Shown: positions 50,871 to 63,246, counted from the first letter of the stretch. The stretch is 64,000 nucleotides of DNA from Chara braunii (GCA_003427395.1 BFEA01000030.1:4247321-4311320), one strand, 5' to 3'. Notes: generated by a model from the sequence alone, not told the origin. Translations and numbers: made by a program.

Positions 50871-53780
50871 ATGGAGGAAAATGGTCAATCGCCTCCCCTT
50901 CCACCTCCTCCTCCTCCTCCTCCTCCTCCACCCCCTCCACCGGACCCGCCCTCTCCACCTCTATTGGATGCGGACAAACAGAGAATCAGAGGGCTGCTTA
51001 GCTCTTGCTTCGCAGATGGCCTGCTACCGAATCACCTGGCCCCTCCGTCCAATCCGAACAAAGTGGAAATCGGCGCTGACTTTGTCAGAGTTCCGATTGA
51101 CCCAGAAGTTTTGAGAGTCCAAGTGGAATGGCTGAAACAACATGCTATCACTGTCTTGTTCGGGGGCGAATCTACTGCTTTACCAATCGACGTGAAAAAG
51201 CGCTTGATTCGCATGTATGAGGACGGATGGGCTAACAGTAGATCCATCAATGTGCCTCCTAGGAGAGGCTTATTTCATAATGAATGTAGAAATCTGATTA
51301 CGTATGTCTCTGCATCAAGTCAGATAGCTACGTTCATGCTTAGAAAGGGAAAGGAATCAATTGTGTTAGATGGGAAAAGTTTTGAAGTCACATTCCAGCC
51401 ATGGATGAACGATAACCAGCTACACGATTGGAGGGAAGCGATGCGATTTCAATTCTTTTGGATTAGATGCTTGCAGGTTCCGGTTTCGGCACTCCTAGTG
51501 TTGGAGGAAGCTGTCATAGCGGCCTTTGGCCCTATCCTTAAAACTCATCCAACATTTAAAGAACCATGCTCGCCGGAATTGTTGAATGTTAGGTTCAATC
51601 TGGTCACCTCGGCAAGGCTGAGATACAAACCATATCTAACTATTGATCTTGCCGAGTTCGGGTACGTGGATATTGAAGTCGCTTGTGCCGAAACTCCTTG
51701 GTGCTTCAAGTGCAAAAGCTTTTTTCATTCGGCCGAGGACCCAGATTGCCCTAAGAATTTTAAGAAAAGCGGGGAGCCGTGGAAGACGAAAGGCAAGCAG
51801 CCAATGGAGGAAGAAGACTCCAATCAGGCTCCCAAAGCCCGTAGGAAGGGTGGAGGGAAAAAGAAGCAGAAAGAGAGCAAGGCGGACGACCCTCCTCAAA
51901 AGGGTCAAAAGCAACCGCTCAACCAGCAGGATGTGCCTTCCTCATCGGGTATGAATGGACAATTGGTAGTATGGAAGGGAGGGCACAAAAAGACATATGT
52001 TCCAAAGGCCCCGAATGGGGCCGATCACCCAGTCCCAGGAAAGGACCTAAATCCTCGAGACCCAGTGAAGGATACCCCCCGACCAACAGGACGCCCCGAA
52101 GGGGGGGAAGAGCGAAACAATGGTCAAAACGAGGGAAGAACAGGGGATAATCAGGCGGAAAAAAAACAGGGAGATACTTTCTTGAAAGACGCAATCAATG
52201 AAGGTGAAGGGGAAGAGAGTGGGAGAGAGAAAGAGGGGGGGAAGCAAGGGAAGGAGGTTGAATTGGAGGATGAGATGGAGATAGAGAAGGAGGAAGAAGA
52301 AATGGCGGAAGAAGAAGATGGTTTGATACGGAGAAAGAAAGGATCAGTCCCGGGTCAAGAGATCAGCGGGGGAAATCTACAGGCCGGATCTGAGGAACCG
52401 AAACCGGATGCAGATCCGGGAGAAGTGAAACCAGATCAACAACCAGACCATCAACCAGAACCGGAACATGAAATATATGGGAGGGATATTAGGCCGAAAG
52501 ACATCTCCCACCCCATAACCCCTAGAATGTTTGTTTTTAATTCTGATGAGCTAGAGGGGTCCCCGGGGAAAGTCCAGCAGCAGGAGAAAGAGCAAGTCGA
52601 CGAATGGGACAAGGGGCTAGTAGGGGTGTCCGATGGGGAGAAAGAGGACATCGAGCTGGACTCGGAGAAAGATATTTTGGGAATTGTTGGGCACGAGCTG
52701 GGAACGGCAGGGGGAACAGAAGGAACTCCTGTGTCTCAGGGGATCCTAGTTGATGAGTCGTCCCACCCCAACTCCCCCCCACTCAGTCGTAGGGCTTCTC
52801 TGAGCAGTTTTAAAGTTCATGACAACAATGCCTTTGACCAGGAAAACTGCGCTCTCGGGGCTGCGAAAGACAGACTAAATGACACTACGGCAATTCGTGA
52901 TCTAAAAGCCAAGTCAAGCCAGGGGAGGCTACAAAGAGACAGCAGGAGATTTCAGTCGAGTTTGAGGGGCGAATCCCCGGTAAAGAGATCCAGGATTAAC
53001 ACAGAGGGAGGGGATAGATTCACCTTCGGAGAACACGATGTTATTAACGAAGAGAGCCCCCCCATGGACCTAACGAAATCTCGCAAACGCCCTCTGCATC
53101 ATCATACATTGGGTGGACAGTTGTCGTTTGCAGGCCCCATGAAAACTGTCACAAAAAGTGACAAACTCAAGGGGCCTGCAAAGAGCTTCTTCGTCCCTTT
53201 AATCTGTCCGGACACCCAATTGGGCTCAATGATACTGACTAAAATAAAGCCCGACGAGGGGTTAGAGTTACCATCCATACAAGTTAAAGCTCCTCCGGCC
53301 GAGGAAGAAGTGTTGGAACTGACAAAGAGGCACACTCTAAACCACACCGCATCCGTGTCCATTCTGCCGACTATGAGAGTGAGCCGCCATCTGTCACTGA
53401 AGGAGGAAAAGCTGCCTGTCATTTTCTACCTGGTTTTTCTGGGTATTAAAACCATAAATGAGTCCTTCGAAAAATGGAGTGATCTGAGAGTTCATTGGAC
53501 GCCGCTCCAAGACTTCCTAACGGGGAACAAGGACTCGATCGCTGCATTACAGTTGCCGGAAGGTAAATCGGGGTTGGTGATTGCAGATTGGATCAAACAC
53601 GTCGGGATGACCACCCACCTGACTAGGGAGCAAGTCTCACAGATGCTGTTTGCGGTTAAAAACCTGGGGGTAAAAATGATGCCGATCAAGGACCCAGAGC
53701 CCAAACAGCAGCAGGACACAGTCAAGACAGGCCATATCCAAAGCGATGGCGGATTGAGACCTGATGGTCCTCCCGCCTAA
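50871..53780 (+). CDS. LINE ORF1 protein (969 aa): poly-Pro, RRM-like region, zinc knuckle, long acidic/disordered linker, C-terminal globular domain
   Basis: Intact ORF upstream of and overlapping ORF2. FEVTFQPW...FWIRCLQVP and CFKCKSFFHSAEDPDC match plant-type L1 ORF1 layout. Confidence 0.88.
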   Translation: MEENGQSPPLPPPPPPPPPPPPPPDPPSPPLLDADKQRIRGLLSSCFADGLLPNHLAPPSNPNKVEIGADFVRVPIDPEVLRVQVEWLKQHAITVLFGGESTALPIDVKKRLIRMYEDGWANSRSINVPPRRGLFHNECRNLITYVSASSQIATFMLRKGKESIVLDGKSFEVTFQPWMNDNQLHDWREAMRFQFFWIRCLQVPVSALLVLEEAVIAAFGPILKTHPTFKEPCSPELLNVRFNLVTSARLRYKPYLTIDLAEFGYVDIEVACAETPWCFKCKSFFHSAEDPDCPKNFKKSGEPWKTKGKQPMEEEDSNQAPKARRKGGGKKKQKESKADDPPQKGQKQPLNQQDVPSSSGMNGQLVVWKGGHKKTYVPKAPNGADHPVPGKDLNPRDPVKDTPRPTGRPEGGEERNNGQNEGRTGDNQAEKKQGDTFLKDAINEGEGEESGREKEGGKQGKEVELEDEMEIEKEEEEMAEEEDGLIRRKKGSVPGQEISGGNLQAGSEEPKPDADPGEVKPDQQPDHQPEPEHEIYGRDIRPKDISHPITPRMFVFNSDELEGSPGKVQQQEKEQVDEWDKGLVGVSDGEKEDIELDSEKDILGIVGHELGTAGGTEGTPVSQGILVDESSHPNSPPLSRRASLSSFKVHDNNAFDQENCALGAAKDRLNDTTAIRDLKAKSSQGRLQRDSRRFQSSLRGESPVKRSRINTEGGDRFTFGEHDVINEESPPMDLTKSRKRPLHHHTLGGQLSFAGPMKTVTKSDKLKGPAKSFFVPLICPDTQLGSMILTKIKPDEGLELPSIQVKAPPAEEEVLELTKRHTLNHTASVSILPTMRVSRHLSLKEEKLPVIFYLVFLGIKTINESFEKWSDLRVHWTPLQDFLTGNKDSIAALQLPEGKSGLVIADWIKHVGMTTHLTREQVSQMLFAVKNLGVKMMPIKDPEPKQQQDTVKTGHIQSDGGLRPDGPPA

Positions 53781-56700
53781 AATTCTCTTGGCCTCATGGA
53801 ACACTCGCGGTTTAGGTGACACCACGAATAGATCGAAGCGTTCCCGTCTCCGTTCGTGGGTTTACAAAACAAATATTCAGATCCTCGGGCTTCAAGAAAC
53901 AAAGTTAAACAACGAGAAATTAAATGATGCCGTGGCTCTATGGGACGGCCCTCAGATTTGGTCCCCCTCTGTGGGTACCAAAGGGGGAGTAGCAGTCCTC
54001 ATTGTCAAAGATCTAAATATTAACGTTTTGGATACCTTTGCAGATGCGGAGGGCAGGCTGGCGTGGATCAAATTTGAGATTGGAAACGAAGTTTGGGCCG
54101 TTATGTCAATATACTCCCCTGTGGATTATAACGAAAGGATAGACTTCTTATCCAACCTCCCGATGTTTATTCCGGATGTGGAAAACTTGATCATACTCGG
54201 TGACTGGAATACAGTACTCTCACCGGGCCTTGACTCGTTGTCAAAGAGACCAGCCAGGTTGGACTCAGACATACTCAAATCCTTTATGGATACCCAGTCC
54301 TTGCAGGACATATACAGAATCTTAAACCCAGATTCGAATGGATACACGTGGTTTGGTCCTCGCCCCTCTAACAATACTTCAGCCCCCCGCTGCCATCTGG
54401 ATATCATTTTAGCTCGGGGAGCTCCATGGGACAGATGCTGTTGGGTCAAGGTAGATAACTTTTATCTCTTAGACCATTACCCGGTATTAATGGATGTAGT
54501 GTCTCAGGATTCAATTCAGAAAGAAAGACCCCCCTTTAGACTTAATATAAATGTTCTAAAGGATGAGGGGGTTAAGCGATGGATATCTGATCAAATGAAG
54601 AGTTGGGAGCTAGCAAAGGACCTGTTCCAAAATTTGATGGATTGGGCAGAAGTCGGTATTAACATCATCCGAGCTGCTTTAATCAATTTCTCACGCCTGA
54701 AAGCAGCGAACCGCAGTTGGAAGGAACAGCAACTCAAGAAATTGATTGCTGAGGCAGAGTCTAATATGGGAAGTGAGCCATTTGCAGAATACTATTGGTC
54801 CGAAAAAAGAAGGCTGGCCATTTTGGATCTTGAAAAGTTGGAAATCTTGAAACAGTCAGAGTGGTTGGAGTGGTTAAACCTGAGAGGAATAATAGGGTAT
54901 GACAGAATGACTAAGTTATCATTTAGATCTCTGGTCCTCAGGCACTCAAGGCCCTTCATTAGAGAACTCTCTCACCCTTTCGACCCAACTGTGGCTACCT
55001 CCTCTGATCTGGAGATGATGTGCTCCCATGCTTTTGACTATTTTAGTAACATCGTCAGTACACGCAGAGTTTTGGATTCCCCAGACTCTGACCTATCCAT
55101 ACACAGTACTTTCTGGAACAAGCCGAGGGTCAGGCTTTCCCCTTCTATGACTCAAGCTTTGGAGGAACCTTTCACAATAACTGAACTCGCAAAAGCAACA
55201 AAACAGATGGCGAAAGGGTAATGCCCGGGCCTAGACGGCCTCCCACTTGAACTGTATACCGAATGTTGGGACTCCTTTGGCCCCTTTATCTGTGAAATCT
55301 ATAACTCCATCAGGTTGGGTAACAAACTAACAAACAGCTTCCTAAAAGGATGTATATCCTTATTATACAAAAAAGGCAATAAGGCTGACGTGCGAAACTA
55401 TAGGCCCATTTCTGTTCTGAACGTGATCTATAAGATTCTGGCCAAAGCGCATGCTATCCGACTAGCCGAATTTCTCCCATCCTTGGTGGGTCCGGAACAA
55501 GGAGCCTTTGTCAAGGGCCGTTCCATCTTTGATAATATTTTGGCCGATGTACAAGCATTGGAGATCATCGCCGCAGAAAAAAGAAATATAGCCATCCTCC
55601 TCCTTGACATGGAGAAGGCTTACGACAAGGTCGGATGGGCGTTTGTCTTCACAACGCTGAAAAACATGGGCTTTGGCCCAATCTTCCAAGAATACGTGAA
55701 ATCTATGTATGTGGGCTCTTCATCAGTCGTGTTGGTGAACGGGAAACAATCAAAGGAATTTGTTCTGTCCCGTTCGCTCCGACAGGGATGTCCGTTAGCC
55801 CCTTTGCTTTTTGTTATCCAGCTGGAAATCTTATTGGACAATATTAGGTTCAACCCAGATATACGGGGTCTGGAGATCCCCCCCACCATTAATTGGAAAG
55901 GCGGGGCGATCGCGGACGATCTTACTGTCGCATGCAAAAACTCCCACGTCTCCTTTCATCAGCTTAGAGTAGTTCTAGAAGAATATTGTTTGCTATCCGA
56001 GGCTTCAATAAATTGGGACAAGTCATCATATCTATTACCGTTACCTTACGTCATTTGTGTAGATTGGGGGCTCAAGGGGGTGGGGGTGGGGGAGTCAGAA
56101 CGCCTACTCGGCGTTCAGGTTTCCCTCTCTCACTGTGCCCACAGCCAAGACAAAATACTACGAGACAAGACATGCTCAAGAATCCACAGTTGGGAGCGAA
56201 ATCACAGACTTTCAGTGACAGGGAGAGCCCTGGTCCTCTCGTCAGCAGCCTTTTCTCTCCTATGGTTTCCCCTGTCGGTCCACGAATTGGGAGAGAAGAC
56301 GTACATCAAAATCAGAAAGGTGGCAGCCAGGTATCTATGGAAACCAGCGGCCTCAGAGGAACAGGGGTTCTTGGTTAAAGCGGCGTGGGACATGATGTGC
56401 CAGCCCAGGGATGAGGGCGGATTGGGCATTTTGGACCCTAAGGATCAAAATACGGCTCTCCTGTGTAAATGGATCGTCAAAGCTTGCACAGATTCGAATC
56501 CGAAGCAGTGGAAAAGCCTTGCTGAGTATATTTTGAGAAAAGAGCTAAACTTAGCAATACATACTGACATATGGCAATGCTTAGTTAGCTCTAATCTAGC
56601 TGACACAAGGATTAAGTCGAGGGTGTGGTCAGGGATTCTCCGAGCTTGGAAGAAACTAAAACCTGAACTCACACACCCTCCAGGCACGAAACTAGAAATT

Positions 56701-57897
56701 TCCAACCAAAGTCTTTTTGACAACAGATTAATTACGTTCCTCTCAGATCCGTCAAGGACTCTCAGCACTAAAGCTAATAGTTTTGGGAGGGCTTGGATGT
56801 CGAAGGGGGTATTCTTAATCAAGCACATTTGGGATGATCATAAACAGGATTGGATTTCAGCAGAAGATCTTCGCCGAAGGCTTCCAAGGTTGCACAGAGT
56901 AGAGGTAAACTACCAACGTCTGAAGGAGGCCATCCCTGTTCAATGGAAATCAGTGTTAATGAAGGATGCGGAGTATGGGCCGGGTACATGGTTGAACCAT
57001 CCGACAGACCCTGGGAGGATCATCAGAATAATGGGGCCGGACCTCGCCCAAGGTACCTCGGTGGAAATCTGGATCAAAGGGAGGCGCAAGGAACAGGGAT
57101 TGGAACTGAAGAAAGAGGGAGAAGACATACTCCCCTCTACCTGCGATCTGGAAGAACTCCGGGTTTTAGAAGCCGGTCTGGCCAAGTCCCAAGTCTGTGT
57201 CCTTCTGGATGGCCTGGCTTCAGAAAGGGCGGTGGATCCACTGCTCTATGGATGGAAAGATAAGAAAGGAGGAAACTGCCCCCTGATCCAGTACTCGTCC
57301 AAGGTAGGCAATTCGGTACTCAGGAGGAAGAAAGCTCAACCAGTGGAGATCGCTACACGTCGATTCCAAAGAACTCAGGGAGGTTCAAGATCGGTGCCGG
57401 ACTTCGGCCGCTTTTGGAAGTTGTTAAAGACCCTTCCTTCCCAGAGACAGGCCAGTATTATGTGGGCCCAATCTCTGGGGATTACTGTCTCGGCAACATG
57501 GCTAAGAGATAGAGGAATGGAGGTGGATGCGGCCTGCACGAGGTGCAAGTGGAATTGGGAAACAGCATTGCACATCTGGTGGGCCTTCCCTCACTCTGCA
57601 GAACTATGGAAATGGTGGACACTTCAATGGGATGATGAGCTCGGTCATGAGTGGAAATGGACAGAGGATTGGACAGTAAGGGCATGCCCAGAGAAGGGAA
57701 CGTTAACACAAAACAGTTTGGGTTATGTTGCTCTAATTTGTAGAGGAATAATTATGGAAACAATATGGAAAGCGAGGAATTCAGTGGTCTTCAAAGACCA
57801 AGTCATCCCCTTCCATCAACAGAGAGCAATGGTTAAACAGGCGCTCAGACTAACTGTCTTGGCTGGACCTTTTACTGAGCTTCAAGCCGTTTTTTGA
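53764..57897 (+). pseudogene. LINE ORF2 (APE endonuclease, RT, degenerate zinc finger) with a single in-frame TAA at 55219
   Basis: SWNTRGL, LQETK, GDWN, DHYP; AKG*CPGLDG; NYRPISVLN, DMEKAYDKV, RQGCPLAP, IADD; CTRC..ETALH. Both ORF parts share a frame. Confidence 0.95.
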
Positions 57898-58037
57898 GAA
57901 GTTCTTCTTTTCTTGAGTGAGGGCCGAGGGGATGGGGACGCTGGACCCGTTTTCCAGCATGGCTCTGAGTTACTCCGGGTTGAATTGTGAGGACCCCAGC
58001 CTCGATCTCTATTGCTTTGAATATAAAATGACAACTT

Positions 58038-58068
<31 letters not shown>

Positions 58069-58759
58069 CCGACCGGATTTTGGCAAAAAAAGTCAGTTTT
58101 GATTTCGTTCAAAAAATATAACATGTCCGTTTTGACGAAATGGCTGTTTTCACCCAAATACAAAGTAGTAGGGTCATTATTGCTGTATCTAGAGTCTAGA
58201 CTCAAAAGTTGACCACATACATACAGCTATAATGGCCGTACTTTTTTTTTCTTTTTTCTTTTTTTTTAACGGGCCCAGTGCCCAAGGCTGATATTACGAA
58301 TGAGAATATTGAGGTACTACGTTGTATTCGGGTGAAGATGGTAGTCGCCCGCCTGCTTGTTGGACTGTGTGCTTGGGTGCTACTTGCCTTAGGCTTGCTT
58401 TTTGCCTCTATGCCCCTCCCCCCCTAGCTTTACTGCTGCCTGCATTGCCTTGATGCTTATGTTGTGGCCTTCCCGGTTGTCTTTTTTATTATTATTATTA
58501 TTATTATTATTTTAAATATATATATATTTTTTAGTTTTTATTTTTATTTTTATTTTTTTATTAACCTTCCCCGCGCTCGTGGCAGGGATGGAGATAGACT
58601 ACCACTCAACATCCATGGTTCTCTCAAAACTGCCAAATGAGTCGGTGAGCGTCCGCTGACAGGGATTCTGCAGCCTATCGAGGGTTCAATTGCCAAATCA
58701 GTTATTGAGAGTCCAATGAAGTAGTATGTCCTTTTTCTTTTCTTTTTTTTTTCTTCTTC

Positions 58760-58791
<32 letters not shown>

Positions 58792-58799
58792 TGTGGTCC

Positions 58800-59471
58800 G
58801 GGCATTCTGGTTGTGGTGGGCAAAGGAAATCGCAGACAGAATACCAGAACGCCACTGAAGGTTGAGGGCATCGCAGACGATGCCACAATCTTATTGGGCA
58901 CCCTGATGAAGGTGAACAGAAAGGGGTCTGGGGAGCTGATGGCGGAGGAGGTGATACGAGCAGCAGCGGTATTGTGGGCCCTATGGACATTGAGGAATGA
59001 GAGATGCAGGCAATGCGCGATGCCGACATTGCAAGCATACCAAAAAGACCGGGCAAGGGAGAACATCAGAATCGCCCTAATGGGGGACTTACGCCGGAGC
59101 GAGCATATAGGGGAGGAGGCGAGGGTGAATGGGTTCTGGGAGAGATGGGGTCCATACCCGCAGCTCTCAATTCGGGACCCCCAAACAGGCCAACTGCAAT
59201 ACGGCCCCATCCTGCAGCGCCATGCGCCTAGGTATTACAGGAATGAAGAACGGCCCTGACCTGACGAAGTCAGGTCCATGAGACCGCGATGGGATGCCGG
59301 AAGTGTACAATAGGTAGTTGCCTGAGGGCAGGGGTGAAGGATGGTACATCTTTCCTAATGGAAGTAATCAATGCCGTCCTCCGGGCCTCCACACCAGAAG
59401 GGGGAGGAGCGTGAGTGCGTTCTCAATGTATTTTCTTTGACTTGCCGGTGGAATAGGAATCGGACTGACGC

Positions 59472-59510
<39 letters not shown>
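58800..59510 (+). mobile_element. 3' fragment of a LINE (ORF2 C-terminus, 3' UTR, poly(A))
   Basis: VLWALWTLRNERC motif. The tail GACTTGCCGGTGGAATAGGAA(T/C)CGGACTGACGC is shared with the LINE at 35041-38003 and with 63490-63518. Confidence 0.75.
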
Positions 59511-59511
<1 letters not shown>

Positions 59512-59522
59512 AGGACCCCCCC

Positions 59523-59566
<44 letters not shown>

Positions 59567-59660
59567 AACCGGACTGACGCTCCCCAGAATGGACAAGGAG
59601 CTGGAACCCTGAGGTTCCGTTAAAAAAAAAGGAAAAAAAAAAGGAATTTTTGGTAGTTAA

Positions 59661-59861
59661 ACCACCAGTACTTGGCCCAGCTATCGATGCCGAGCCTCCA
59701 ATGCCCCTGCGCGCCAATTTTTGCCGAAGCTTCGGGGTACCATTTTGATTTTTTTTTGGCTGGCGCTTCCAGCCATTCTGGTCCGGTACCTCGAAGCCCT
59801 TAAGGCGCGGCGCGTTAACGGGGAAGCGCCGCGGCCGATAGCTGGGCCAAGTACTGGTGGT
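59661..59861. mobile_element. MITE with perfect TIR and TTAA TSD
   Basis: ttaa|ACCACCAGTACTTGGCCCAGCTATCG ... CGATAGCTGGGCCAAGTACTGGTGGT|ttaa. Confidence 0.88.
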
Positions 59862-60321
59862 TTAAGGAGGAGCTACTTCTGGTACTGTACCATATTAGGC
59901 TCTGGTGGAGGTTCGGGTAGAATAGGAAGGCTTCTTTGGGGTAGGGGGAGGGGGGGAGGGGACGGGGAGGACGGGTCCATTTGCAAAAAGGAAAAACTCT
60001 GTGACTACCTCATCCTTAACTACCCACCTACCCTTGTCTAGTAATACGACTAGAATCCCTACCTTAATCCAGCAACGGGACGCAAGCTTTTCCACTGGTT
60101 CATGACGAGATTGGAGTTAGGATCTAGGGCTAGGCTCTAAGACTACCTACAAATTTACTAACCAGAACTAGCTATCCTAAGGTTATGGGTCTACAGTCAC
60201 TGTTCTCACTTTTCTCAGACATTCGCAGACATTCTCTCCGTAAAATGGGACGCTGGACCCGATTTCCAGCAGGTGATGCTCCCCACCAATCGATGGAGCC
60301 TCTCCCCAAGTGTTAGTGGTG

Positions 60322-60608
60322 TCTGCTCTTATCAGCAGCACTAACACTGGTGGGGGTGTCCTTTTTCAAAAAAGGTTATGGGTCTACGTCTACCTATCTC
60401 TGCTCTGTAAGGGGAGCAGTACCCAAGCTCCTAACACCTGGCATGGGCCAGTACAGAACCAGGCTTCTGCTCTTATCAGCAGCACTAACACTGGTGGGGG
60501 TGTCCTTTTTAAAAAAAGGTTATGGGTTTACGTCTACCTATCTCTGCTCTGTAAGGGGAGCAGAGCACCCAAGCTCCTAACACCTGGCATGGGCCAGTAC
60601 AGAACCAG
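60322..60608. repeat. Tandem duplication, ~145 bp unit
   Basis: TCTGCTCTTATCAGCAGCACTAACACTGG...CAGTACAGAACCAG occurs twice. Confidence 0.9.
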
Positions 60609-60665
60609 CCAGGAGGCCGAAACCAACAATCTCCACTGGTTGTGAACCCAAAGCATCTCCCAGGA

Positions 60666-60740
60666 GGGTCGTGCTTGGGTATCAAACCCACAACCTCCTG
60701 AGTGCCACTCACGTGCTCAACCAACTGAGCTAGCCCGCTC
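60666..60740 (-). pseudogene. tRNA-like sequence, probable tRNA-derived SINE head
   Basis: Minus strand GCGGGCTAGCTCAGTTGGTTGAGCAC..GGAGGTTGTGGGTTTGATACCCA: A-box, degenerate B-box, poor acceptor stem. Confidence 0.6.
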
Positions 60741-62607
60741 GGACAATCTTGTATAATTGTTTTGCAAGGAACTGCTGCAGTGGATCAGTCTCAGATTTTC
60801 TAGAACGATCATAGATTCATAATTAACCCCACCACCTAGGCCACCAGAGTGCCCCGGGACCCAAAAAAAGTAAAAAAAATAAAAATAGAAAATAAATTGT
60901 TTTATTTTTTACTTTAAATTTGGTAAAGGATTTCGATGTGACCCTGAGGCAGAAGTTGTTCAGTTTATTTTTCTGCATAGCATTTTTTTTCCCAGATTTT
61001 TTACATTTAGTTTTTTTTTTTTTTTTTTTGGNNNNNNNNNNNNNNNNNNNNNNNNNNNNNNNNNNNNNNNNNNNNNNNNNNNNNNNNNNNNNNNNNNNNN
61101 NNNNNNNNNNNNNNNNNNNNNNNNNNNNNNNNNNNNNNNNNNNNNNNNNNNNNNNNNNNNNNNNNNNNNNNNNNNNNNNNNNNNNNNNNNNNNNNNNNNN
61201 NNNNNNNNNNNNNNNNNNNNNNNNNNNNNNNNNNNNNNNNNNNNNNNNNNNNNNNNNNNNNNNNNNNNNNNNNNNNNNNNNNNNNNNNNNNNNNNNNNNN
61301 NNNNNNNNNNNNNNNNNNNNNNNNNNNNNNNNNNNNNNNNNNNNNNNNNNNNNNNNNNNNNNNNNNNNNNNNNNNNNNNNNNNNNNNNNNNNNNNNNNNN
61401 NNNNNNNNNNNNNNNNNNNNNNNNNNNNNNNNNNNNNNNNNNNNNNNNNNNNNNNNNNNNNNNNNNNNNNNNNNNNNNNNNNNNNNNNNNNNNNNNNNNN
61501 NNNNNNNNNNNNNNNNNNNNNNNNNNNNNNNNNNNNNNNNNNNNNNNNNNNNNNNNNNNNNNNNNNNNNNNNNNNNNNNNNNNNNNNNNNNNNNNNNNNN
61601 NNNNNNNNNNNNNNNNNNNNNNNNNNNNNNNNNNNNNNNNNNNNNNNNNNNNNNNNNNNNNNNNNNNNNNNNNNNNNNNNNNNNNNNNNNNNNNNNNNNN
61701 NNNNNNNNNNNNNNNNNNNNNNNNNNNNNNNNNNNNNNNNNNNNNNNNNNNNNNNNNNNNNNTTCTGAAATTAGGGTTTTGGGCTCAAATTTCATGTTTT
61801 TTTGGAATTTCAAGTTTTTGATATATATGCATTTTGATAGGGTTGCCGTATATGAAATTTGGGGTTATTTGGAGTTTTAGAATTTGCGCTATTAAGATTT
61901 CTGAAATTTCTGAAATTGGTCGAGTTTTTTTTGGGCCAAATTTCATGGAAATGCACCTTTGGCTTGCTGTTTTATATGTTTTTAATTGCTTTTTTTAGGG
62001 TTTTTTTCTGTGATGAGGTTGTAAGAAGTGCACTCTATAGATTGGTGTGAAGTGTTGTTAAAAGGACTGTCTGGTTTTCTTATAAATGGGCCTGAAAAAT
62101 GGGTGCTCGGTTAACCTGCTCTCCACTTAATGGGAGACACAGGATTTATTTATTTATTTATTTATTTTTATTTTTATTTTTTTTAATGACCCTTGTGCAC
62201 GGCCTCTATCCCAGTGGCGGTAAGGATTTATCATTTATTTAATACTTGTGAATTGAAATATGAGGAGAACGTATTTAAACGTTAAATGTTAAACGTTAAA
62301 ACGGATTCCTACCGTAGCTGGGGCAAAATTCTTTGGACTTCAGTCTAGAATTTTGTCTTCAGATTCCAGACCAGGATTTACAAGGCCTTGTTTTCAAAAA
62401 ATTACGGTAAGATGTGAGCCGTGACATGGGCAACTATTTCATTTCGCACATAGGTTCGGAGGGCACTTCAGTAAGTCTTTGCAAATCAGATTGAAGTTTT
62501 GACACCTATCCCTTTCTATGATGCCAGAAGCCGTTTTGATATACCTTGTTTTTTTTTTGTTTTTTTTTTTACGTTTTGACGTTGCGTCTATTTTATTTCA
62601 GTAAGTA

Positions 62608-62644
<37 letters not shown>

Positions 62645-62871
62645 ACAAAACACAGCTCCCTCCAGTGGTAGCGATGCTGATAAAACACACACCGCTAGCA
62701 CCTGAGGACAGGCTCCATCTATTGCTGGGGAGCATCACCTGCTGGAAAGCGGGTCCAGCGTCCCAGTAAGTAAGTCTGTGCAAATCAGATTGAAGTTTTG
62801 ACGCCTATCCCTTGTGTCTATTTTATTTCTTATTTTTGGGGGCGACCGTTTGAGTCACCGTATGAACTGCA

Positions 62872-62909
<38 letters not shown>

Positions 62910-63199
62910 CCTTTTGGTCATGGTTGAAAGGAGGGCTCTTTGACTGCTGGCAGTGGGCGGGGAATATCAGGGAAGGTTTCTGTTCATTCACTACATTTGT
63001 TGCTGTATTTGTCGGTTATGGGAAGAAGAGTAGTAAGGGAGAAGAAGAAGATGAGGATGGCGAACTGCCACACATTCCTGGCGGCCATAGCCAAGCAGCA
63101 GAAAAGTCTCAAACACGAGCTATCCAGGAAAATAAAATAAAATAAAAAATACTGCATACACCTGACTTACACAACCACCCAAGACAGCAACATGCGAGT

Positions 63200-63246
63200 C
63201 CCTCTACCGGTTTCGCCCGCCCACATAGCGGGACTCATCAGGAGGG
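63200..63246 (-). ncRNA. Minimal type I hammerhead ribozyme, remnant of a related Penelope-like pseudo-LTR
   Basis: ccctc-CTGATGA-gtcccgc tatgtgg gcgggc-GAAAC-cg-GTA-gaggg with a perfect helix I. Confidence 0.85.

Larger units (their letters stand above)
50245..58060 (+). mobile_element. Full-length L1/Tx1-clade LINE
   Basis: 5' UTR, ORF1, ORF2, 3' UTR, poly(A) from 58041, and TSD AAAAAATTCCGACCG at 50230-50244 and 58061-58075. Confidence 0.95.
49956..58149. mobile_element. Foldback (long-TIR) element whose right arm is split by a LINE
   Basis: 49956-50113 is the reverse complement of 50162-50244 plus 58076-58149 (AAACAGCCATTTCGTCAAAACGGACA...). TC flanks both ends. Confidence 0.88.

Noticed and set aside
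60666-60740. Functional tRNA gene
   Set aside because: The T-loop lacks TTCGA and the acceptor stem and anticodon loop are irregular.
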